From Acidobacteriota bacterium (GTDB lineage Bacteria > Acidobacteriota > UBA890 > WLXD01), in the NCBI GenBank assembly GCA_963666055.2, contig CAXWPH010000002.1:115427-179426 (forward strand): a stretch of DNA of 64,000 nt. Direction: 5' to 3'. Below, piece by piece: positions 9,512-16,449 of the stretch (position 1 is the stretch's first letter; each line of letters starts with the position of its first letter). The notes beneath the pieces are model-generated. The model did no database searches, was not told the DNA's origin, and worked only from the letters and a program-made list of their open reading frames with translations. A program made the translations under genes and the position numbers.

Positions 9512-10564
9512 GTGAACCGTCGGTGGTTGCTCTACGGAGCCTACGGCTACACTGGCCGCCTGATCGCTCGTCTGGCGGCTGAGCGTGGCTTGTCGCCGCT
9601 GCTCGCTGGTAGGGATCCCCGGAAGCTGGAGGCGATGGCGAGCTCGCTGGGCTTGGAGCAGCGCGTATTCCGGCTCGGCAAGCCTGCCGCTATCGCGGAG
9701 GCCCTCGACGGGATGGACGCCGTGGTCAACGCCGCCGGACCGTTCTCGCGCACGTTCTCCAGGATGGTCGACGCCTGCTTGGCGCGCCGATGCCACTACC
9801 TCGACATCACCGGAGAGATCGAGGTTTTCGAGGCCGCCTGGGCACTCGACGAACGCGCCCGCGCAGCAGGCGTGATCCTGCTGCCGGGCGTGGGGTTCGA
9901 TGTCGTACCGACCGACTGTGCTGCGTCGCGCGCCGCGTCGCGGTTGCGCGATCCGACGCATCTTGACATCGCGTTCGTGGCCAGCGGCTCCCCTAGCGCC
10001 GGAACGTTGAAGACGATGCTCGAGGGCTTCGGGCAGCCGGGCAAGGTACGTCGCGACGGCCGCATCGTCGACATAGAGCTGGGGTCGGTGCGACGCCGTG
10101 TCCCGTTCGCTGACCGCGAGCGCGACGCCATGGCGATCCCCTGGGGCGATGTCAGCACCGCATGGCAATCCACCGGTGTTCCCAACGTGCGTGTGTTCCT
10201 GGCCTCTCGGAACAAGCTTCCGGGATGGTCGTCGATACTGCGGCCGTTGCTGCGCATGCCTCCAGCGCGGCGGTTGATGCAGTGGGTCGTGGGGCGGATG
10301 GTCGACGGACCGGGTGTCGAGCAGCTTGCTCGGGGATGGGCGCGTATCTGGTGTGAGGCCCGCAACGCGACCGGCGAGGTTGCCGAGGTCGAGCTGCTCA
10401 CGCCGAACGGGTACGCGCTTACCGCCGACAGCGCCGTGACCGCCGTCGAATCGCTGCTCGCGCCGACCTATGAGGGCCCGCCGTGCGGCGCGTTGACGCC
10501 GTCGTGTGCCTTCGGTGACGACTTCGTCAGCCGTCTGCGCGGGGTCGAGTGGGTAAAGGGCTAG
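9512..10564 (+). CDS. saccharopine dehydrogenase-like NAD(P)-binding oxidoreductase
   Basis: N-terminal LLYGAYGYTGRLIA Rossmann motif, then HYLDITGE and LPGVGFDVVPTD blocks. Confidence 0.8.
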   Translation: MNRRWLLYGAYGYTGRLIARLAAERGLSPLLAGRDPRKLEAMASSLGLEQRVFRLGKPAAIAEALDGMDAVVNAAGPFSRTFSRMVDACLARRCHYLDITGEIEVFEAAWALDERARAAGVILLPGVGFDVVPTDCAASRAASRLRDPTHLDIAFVASGSPSAGTLKTMLEGFGQPGKVRRDGRIVDIELGSVRRRVPFADRERDAMAIPWGDVSTAWQSTGVPNVRVFLASRNKLPGWSSILRPLLRMPPARRLMQWVVGRMVDGPGVEQLARGWARIWCEARNATGEVAEVELLTPNGYALTADSAVTAVESLLAPTYEGPPCGALTPSCAFGDDFVSRLRGVEWVKG

Positions 10565-10603
10565 CAGGCCGTGTCGATCAGGGGTAACGGTGGCGCGTTC
10601 TAA
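10561..10603. repeat. mini copy of the CTAG-bounded repeat between convergent genes
   Basis: CTAGCAGGCCGTG (identical to the unit terminus) ...GGTAACGGTGGCG...CTAA. The TAG at 10562-10564 and the CTA at 10600-10602 are the stop codons of the two flanking genes. Confidence 0.45.
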
Positions 10604-12339
10604 CGAGCCGCCTGCTCTTTAATGATCCACTCGACCAGTTTCGCCACGGCCTTCGAAGTCGCGGCGTCCAGGGCATCGAGGTCGTTGATGTCGTCGACAC
10701 GGATGCGCTCGTCCGTCTCGGCGTCGCGCTGCGTGCTCCGTACCCTGAGGCGGAGATCCATTTCTCGGCGGGGCTCGTCCGCGAGCTCATGCAGCTCGAT
10801 CCAGGCGGTGAAGTCGACCAAGGCCGGGTACCGCGCCAGCGCGATCGTGCGTTGTCGCTCCAGGTGTCGCGCGATGCGACGGTGCACGCTCCGCAGCGCC
10901 AGCTGAGCCGCGAGGTCGGGCACCATCGGCTTGAGAAACTCGATCACTGGCCCCTCGTTCAGGGCAACGAGTCCCTCGGGCGGGCCCGACACGCGGCGTA
11001 GCCGGTCGATGATCTCCTCGGCGGGCACCCCTGCGCGCCGCGCCCGGATGGCGTGATTCCAGGCGGCCGGGTAGTCCAACAGCCGGTACGCGACTTGGGC
11101 GATGCGCGCGTGCAGCTCACCGGAGCCTGGGGTCAGATCAAGCGCCTGCTCGTAGGCCAGGCGCGCCCCTGACCACAGGCCGGCACCCTCGAGCACCCGG
11201 CCGCGACCCAGGTGCGCGGAGCTCAGCTGCGGATCGATGGCGGCGGCCGCCCGGAACATCGACAGGGCGGCCGTCGGGTCATCCGCCAGCAGGCGCGACG
11301 CCTGCCGTAGCGCCGACCGCGCGCCGGCATAGTCCACCGCCGTGCGGAAGACGCCGGGCTGCACCAACGGATCGGCACCGGCAACCTTGACCGCCACGCT
11401 ATGCCAACCTTCCTGTACCGGCGTGGGACCGCGGTAGGCGAGCACGTAGTAGCCGCGCACCAGCGCCAGCACTTTGTCGTAGCCGTCGCGTATGTCACGT
11501 TGCATGACCAACTGCCCGCCGGAGACGCGCGCCAGCTCTCCGAGTTGTTGCTGTAGCTGCTCGATGTAGAAGCGCTCACGCCGGTAGCTGGCGAAATCCC
11601 GTAGAAAGCTGGGCGCCGAGCGGCGGCCGGCCGCCAATCCGACGGCGACCGCGAAGATCGGTGTCTCGGCCTGATGCGTTGCCAGCAGAACGTCGGCGTA
11701 TTGTGCGTTGCCACCGGTGTCTTCGCCGTCGGAGAGCAGCATGATCGCGGCACGTCGGCCAAGGGCCTCGGACGCCGACAGCGGCTCGGTGCAGCTGGCG
11801 TGGCCGGTGGCCGCATCGAGGGGCTCTTCATCTTCGGGCCGCCGCCTCTGCAGACCGCGGTAGGCGGCCTGAATGGCATCGTAGAGGCGTGTCTCCGAAC
11901 CGTAGGGAATGGCGTCGACGATACGTCTCAGCAACGCATCCCGAGGCGATCCCCATCGGCCGGGCCCTACCGCCGAATGGAACGGCATGAGCAGGACACA
12001 GTCGTCGGGCGCCAGGGCGTCGAGAAGCGAGTGAATCGCCTCGCGAGGTCTCGGGTCCGGCCATTCCTGCTCGACGCTCGCGCTGAAGTCCAACACCAGC
12101 GCCAGGTCCAAGGGTGCGTTGCTGGGTGCGAGCACCAACTGAATTTCCTGCTCGATGCCGTCTTCGAAAAGCGCAAAGTCGTCGACCCCGAGACCGGTGA
12201 CGGGCTCACCGTCGTCATCGAGTACCGCCACCTTGATGCGCGTCAGGTAGACAGCGGTGCGGTAGCTGTGCTGGTCCTGCGCGTCGAGCCGACCGCAGAC
12301 CATCGCCACCAATGCCAGCAGCGCGAGCGTACGAACCAT
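10600..12339 (-). CDS. VWFA-domain protein with C-terminal TPR repeats (Acidobacterial VWFA-related type), secreted
   Basis: Signal peptide MVRTLALLALVAMVCG. The pattern VAVLDDDGEPVTGLGVDDFALFEDG..LDLALVLDFSASV is characteristic of the VWFA-related Acidobacterial domain. TPR-like helices at the C-terminus. Confidence 0.85.
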   Translation of the reverse strand: MVRTLALLALVAMVCGRLDAQDQHSYRTAVYLTRIKVAVLDDDGEPVTGLGVDDFALFEDGIEQEIQLVLAPSNAPLDLALVLDFSASVEQEWPDPRPREAIHSLLDALAPDDCVLLMPFHSAVGPGRWGSPRDALLRRIVDAIPYGSETRLYDAIQAAYRGLQRRRPEDEEPLDAATGHASCTEPLSASEALGRRAAIMLLSDGEDTGGNAQYADVLLATHQAETPIFAVAVGLAAGRRSAPSFLRDFASYRRERFYIEQLQQQLGELARVSGGQLVMQRDIRDGYDKVLALVRGYYVLAYRGPTPVQEGWHSVAVKVAGADPLVQPGVFRTAVDYAGARSALRQASRLLADDPTAALSMFRAAAAIDPQLSSAHLGRGRVLEGAGLWSGARLAYEQALDLTPGSGELHARIAQVAYRLLDYPAAWNHAIRARRAGVPAEEIIDRLRRVSGPPEGLVALNEGPVIEFLKPMVPDLAAQLALRSVHRRIARHLERQRTIALARYPALVDFTAWIELHELADEPRREMDLRLRVRSTQRDAETDERIRVDDINDLDALDAATSKAVAKLVEWIIKEQAAR

Positions 12340-12634
12340 CGAACCTAGCAGGCCGTCCTATTCCTGTTTTCCCGGTACCCGAGGCGGCACGGGGAGTCGC
12401 CGGCAAGTTGCCGAGCATAGTAGCGAGCTGCGCAAAGGTACCGTCGAACCTGCTTGTCTTCCACAGGCAGCCGGCGGTCTCCCGACTCGGAAGGTGCCCG
12501 ATCTCGGCGTACGACCAGGACGTCTGTCGTCCTGTGTTCGCCAAGCGCTGACTTCGACTCCGGCTTCCGACGTAGCGATGTCCAGAGGAAGTTCTGAACC
12601 TGATTAGAAGACTAACTCAATTTAATGATAGTTT

Positions 12635-12663
12635 TTGACGTTTAAATCAATGCTAAATATATT
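12635..12663 (+). promoter_or_regulatory. near-consensus sigma70-type promoter inside an AT-rich island
   Basis: TTGACG (12635-12640), exactly 17 nt, then TATATT (12658-12663). AAGGAG at 12687-12692 and a perfect TATAAT at 12694-12699 follow, then ATG at 12706 and ATG at 12719. Confidence 0.4.
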
Positions 12664-12718
12664 TTAGATAGCTTCTAACGACTTTTAAGGAGTTATAATA
12701 GGTAAATGAGGGTGGCCG

Positions 12719-13180
12719 ATGATCAACAAGCGGCCTGGAGGAGCGTCTTTCGCGTGGGGCACACGGTCGAGCACCGCGCCCCTTGGGCGCGGCTGTGCAA
12801 GCTCGGCCACCCCTGTCCGACAACTGCGGACGACGCTGGTGTTGGTCGTTGCGGCTGTGGCGTGGTCTTGGCTACTTTCTCGAAAGGCACCAGGAGCCAG
12901 TAGTGCCAACCGCCGAGACTACGGCGAGTTCTTGCAGGAAATGCTGGCGTTCCACTCCGCGGACATGGCGCTTGCCTTCGGCGGAGGCGGGCTGAACCGG
13001 GTGCCGGTGGTCAGCGTTGGCTCGTGGAATGAAGAATGGGAAGGGCATGCAGTGATGCCGTCCCGGTTCAATTCCACACTTTCGCCGCGCACGCAGCAGG
13101 GATTCGACTACGTGCTGGCGATCAAGCAGGCCTTCGGCTGGAACCACTACGCCGAGAAGAGCGCGCAACTGTCGTACTAG
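12719..13180 (+). CDS. hypothetical membrane-anchored protein
   Basis: 153 aa. GAGG lies 6 nt upstream of the ATG. One TM segment (TTLVLVVAAVAWSWLL). The C-terminal half looks protein-like (GSWNEEWEGHAVMPSRF..YVLAIKQAFGWNHYAEK). By eye, third-position GC is lower than in neighbouring genes. Confidence 0.5.
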   Translation: MINKRPGGASFAWGTRSSTAPLGRGCASSATPVRQLRTTLVLVVAAVAWSWLLSRKAPGASSANRRDYGEFLQEMLAFHSADMALAFGGGGLNRVPVVSVGSWNEEWEGHAVMPSRFNSTLSPRTQQGFDYVLAIKQAFGWNHYAEKSAQLSY

Positions 13181-13194
13181 TGGCCGGCCACTAG
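13177..13194. repeat. perfect 18-bp palindrome CTAGTGGCCGGCCACTAG
   Basis: Seen directly. Its first TAG (13178-13180) is the stop codon of the preceding ORF. The termini resemble CTAG(CA)GGCCG of the repeat family. Confidence 0.5.
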
Positions 13195-13359
13195 AAGGTT
13201 GGCGCTCGGCCAATCTCGCGTTTCGATCCTGTGCCGCATCTCGCTTGCGTATCCTTACGGCGCGACGACGCGGCAGAGTAGGCTTGGCGCGGCTGGGGCC
13301 ATCTGACGGCCATGCGACCGGCACAGCGTCGGCCGCCGGTCCGCTCCGAGGAGACAGTG

Positions 13360-14775
13360 GTGAGCGCGCAACTGGGCCTGTTGATCGGCTACTCGGCGGC
13401 GCTGATCTGCATCGGCGTGTGGGTTGGTCGGCGGGTCGATAGCGCCCGGCAGTTCTTCGTTGCCGGACGCCAGCTCGGGCCGTTTCTGCTGTTCTCGACC
13501 ATCCTGGCGGCCAACATCGGGGCCGGTACCACGATGGGTGCCGCCAGCCTCGGATACCGTGACGGCATCAGCGCCTGGTGGTGGGTCGGCTCGGCCGGAC
13601 TGGGCACGTTGCTGCTGGCATACTCGATCGGCCCCATCATCTGGCGACATGCACGCGAGCACGACCTGCGCACCGTGGGCGACTGGCTGGAGTGGCGCTA
13701 TGGATCCGGCGTGCGAGGTGTTACAGCTGCCCTTCTTTGGGTTGCCAGCCTGACGGCGTTGTCGGCTCAGTTGGTGGCGGTGGCGTTCGTGCTCAATGTT
13801 GTCGCCGGCGTTCCGGCAGCCTTCGGCTGTGTGCTCGGTGGCTTGGTGGTGACCGTTTACTTCACCGCCGGCGGCCTGGTGACCTCGGCGTGGGTAAACA
13901 TGGTGCAGCTCGCGGTCTTGCTGACCGGCTTCGCGCTGGCGCTGCCGATCGCGATGGCCGCGGCCGGTGGGTGGCAGTCGATCGTCGAGGCCGCGCCGGC
14001 CGGTAGCACCGACTTCTTCAGCTGGACGCATGGGGGAGCATCTGGATGGCACTACATGGCGTTGCTGATTCCTGCGTTCATGGTTTCGCCGGGGCTGCTG
14101 CAGAAAGTGTATGGAGCGCGCAGCGCGCGTACAGTTCGACTCGGCGTTGGGGCAAGCGCCTTGGGACTGTTGCTGTTCGCAGCCGTTCCGCCGCTGCTCG
14201 GTATGTTGGCACGCGTCTACGATCCGACCCTGACCGGCGATGCGATCAACCGGGCATTACCCGTGGTGTTGACGGTGGGGTTGCCGCTGGCGATCGGCAC
14301 CCTCGGGCTGGCGGCCGTTTTCTCTGCCGAGGTGAGCTCGGCGGATGCCGTGCTCTTCATGCTTTCCACCTCGTTGTCCGAGGATCTCTATCGCAGGTAC
14401 CTGGCGCCGGATGCTGGCGATCGCCAGGTGTTGAAGATGGCGCGTCTCGGCGCCGCCGCAGGCGGGGTGCTCGCCACGATGCTGGCCATCGCGCTGGGTT
14501 CGGTGATCGAATCCATCACCATTTTTTACTCGTTGCTGTCGATGAGCCTGTTTGTTCCGATTGTTGGCGGGGTGTACTGGGCGCGGGCGGGCAGCCGCGA
14601 TGCGATTGCGGCTATCGTCGTGGGTGTGGGGGTCTTCGTGGTGGCCCGATACATTGCCGACATTCCAACCACCGGTTTGTGGAATCCCAACTTTGTCGGG
14701 CTGCTAGCATCCGCCCTGGCATTCGCGGTCTCGGGATGGCTAACATCCGACCGCCGGTCGCGGGCGACCACCTGA
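13360..14775 (+). CDS. sodium:solute symporter family transporter
   Basis: FFVAGRQLGPF, ANIGAGTTMGAA and about 12-13 TM helices. GTG at 13360 lies 6 nt after GAGGAG. The 13312 start adds an R/P-rich leader. Confidence 0.85.
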   Translation: MSAQLGLLIGYSAALICIGVWVGRRVDSARQFFVAGRQLGPFLLFSTILAANIGAGTTMGAASLGYRDGISAWWWVGSAGLGTLLLAYSIGPIIWRHAREHDLRTVGDWLEWRYGSGVRGVTAALLWVASLTALSAQLVAVAFVLNVVAGVPAAFGCVLGGLVVTVYFTAGGLVTSAWVNMVQLAVLLTGFALALPIAMAAAGGWQSIVEAAPAGSTDFFSWTHGGASGWHYMALLIPAFMVSPGLLQKVYGARSARTVRLGVGASALGLLLFAAVPPLLGMLARVYDPTLTGDAINRALPVVLTVGLPLAIGTLGLAAVFSAEVSSADAVLFMLSTSLSEDLYRRYLAPDAGDRQVLKMARLGAAAGGVLATMLAIALGSVIESITIFYSLLSMSLFVPIVGGVYWARAGSRDAIAAIVVGVGVFVVARYIADIPTTGLWNPNFVGLLASALAFAVSGWLTSDRRSRATT

Positions 14776-14786
14776 GGAGGAGCTAG

Positions 14787-16307
14787 ATGTTCGATCGTAG
14801 GTACTTCGTGGGCTTGTTCGCGGGTACTGCTTTTGCCGGCACTCGGCTGCCCGCGACGCTCTGGGAGGCGGTGCAAGACGAACCCGAATCGCCGATCACC
14901 GTCGGCATGATCGAGGGCGCGGAGCAGATCGCCGGCCTGGAGATGACGCCGGACGAGCGCGAGATGATGCGTTCCGGCCTGGGTCGCCACCTCGAGTCGT
15001 ACCGCGCGCTGCGTGGCATCGAGATTCCCAATGCGGTGCCCCCCGCCCTTGGCTTCGAGCCCGACATGCCAGGTGTGGGTGCAACCCTGCCGGAGGGACC
15101 GGATCGCGTGCGTCCGACACGCCTGCAGCGGATGGCGCGGCCGGCCGATAGCGACGAGCTGGCGTTCATGCCGGTCACCCGGCTGGCGCGCTTGTTGCGC
15201 AGCCGACAGGTCAGCTCTGTCGAGCTGACGGAACTCTACTTGGAGCGCTTACAGCGCTACGACCCGGCGCTGTTGTTCACCGTCAGCCTCACCGCCGAGC
15301 GCGCCCAGCGACAGGCCCGAGTCGCTGATCGCGAGATCGCCGCGGGCAACTACCGCGGGCCGTTACACGGGATTCCCTGGGGCGCCAAGGATCTGTTGGC
15401 GGTGAAGGGGTATCCGACCACCTGGGGGGCGGCTCCGTACCGCGAGCAGGCGATGTCCGAGGACGCCAGCGTCGTGCGCCGACTCGACGAGGCCGGCGCC
15501 GTGCTGGTTGCCAAGCTGACCCTGGGGGCGCTGGCGATGGGCGATTACTGGTTCGGTGGCCGCACCCGGAACCCATGGAATCCGGAAGAGGGCTCCAGCG
15601 GGTCATCAGCTGGCCCCGGTTCGGCGACGGCAGCCGGCTGCGTCGGATTCGGAATCGGTACCGAGACGCGCGGCAGCATCGTATCGCCGAGCACGCGCAA
15701 CGGCGTGTCGGGACTCCGACCCACGTTCGGTCGCGTCAGCCGCGCCGGCGCCATGGCGCTGTCGTGGAGCATGGACAAGATCGGCCCGATGTGCCGTAGC
15801 GTCGAGGACTGTGTCTTGGTCTTCGCAGCGATCCACGGGGCCGATGGGATTGACCCGAGTGCCCGCGACGTGCCGTTCTCCTGGGACGCGCGTCGTGACG
15901 TGCACGGCCTTCGGATCGGGTACCTGGAGGCGGCCTTCGAGGACGACGAAGACTACGCGAATCGCGCCTTCGATCTAGAAACGTTGCGGGTTCTTCGAGA
16001 GGATCTCGGAGTGCACATGGAGCCGGTGCAGATGCCCGACTTCCCGGTCGAGGCAATCGGCTTCGTGCTCATGGCCGAGGCTGCTGCGGCATTCGACGAC
16101 CTCACACGCAGCGGGCGGGACGATGAGCTGACGCGGCAAACGCGCGGCTCGTGGCCGAACTCGTTTCGCACCGCCCGGCTGATTCCGGCCGTTGAGTACA
16201 CGCACGTGGCCGATGAGGCGGGCATCGACCTGCACGAACACCCCAACGTCGAGTCGTGGCTTGCCCGGGTCGCCGCGCAGCCAGGACACGTGACGATCGA
16301 TGCCTGA
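14787..16307 (+). CDS. amidase-signature family amidase (Tat-type signal) with aberrant GST-like C-terminus
   Basis: MFDRRYFVGLFAG twin-arginine-like leader. GGSSGSSAGPGSATAAG, GTETRGSI and PSTRNGV amidase-signature blocks. The last 35 aa are not amidase-like (see findings). Confidence 0.85.
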   Translation: MFDRRYFVGLFAGTAFAGTRLPATLWEAVQDEPESPITVGMIEGAEQIAGLEMTPDEREMMRSGLGRHLESYRALRGIEIPNAVPPALGFEPDMPGVGATLPEGPDRVRPTRLQRMARPADSDELAFMPVTRLARLLRSRQVSSVELTELYLERLQRYDPALLFTVSLTAERAQRQARVADREIAAGNYRGPLHGIPWGAKDLLAVKGYPTTWGAAPYREQAMSEDASVVRRLDEAGAVLVAKLTLGALAMGDYWFGGRTRNPWNPEEGSSGSSAGPGSATAAGCVGFGIGTETRGSIVSPSTRNGVSGLRPTFGRVSRAGAMALSWSMDKIGPMCRSVEDCVLVFAAIHGADGIDPSARDVPFSWDARRDVHGLRIGYLEAAFEDDEDYANRAFDLETLRVLREDLGVHMEPVQMPDFPVEAIGFVLMAEAAAAFDDLTRSGRDDELTRQTRGSWPNSFRTARLIPAVEYTHVADEAGIDLHEHPNVESWLARVAAQPGHVTIDA

Positions 16308-16449
16308 CGGCGCGTCCACCTGCGCTTGGACGACCGCAGCCATCGGACTGGCTGTCGGGCGCCCGGTCGGGGGCAACCCGGACCCGCACTCGGCGGACCG
16401 CCGTCATGCGCTGGTGACTGCGGAGACGTTCGGTTGGCTAAGGCCTCGG

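Noticed and set aside
12215-12551. ORFs 12215..12544 (-) and 12312..12551 (+) in the VWFA upstream gap
   Set aside because: They overlap each other on opposite strands, have no RBS or motif, and have a poor coding signature. The region is treated as non-coding.
12596-12705. AT-rich island as replication origin/DUE, or as synthetic or vector sequence (TAA TGA TAG triple stop)
   Set aside because: There are no DnaA-box-like TTATCCACA repeats and no neighbouring dnaA, dnaN or par genes. A triple stop is easily produced by chance in 25 % GC DNA, and I do not recognise any vector sequence.
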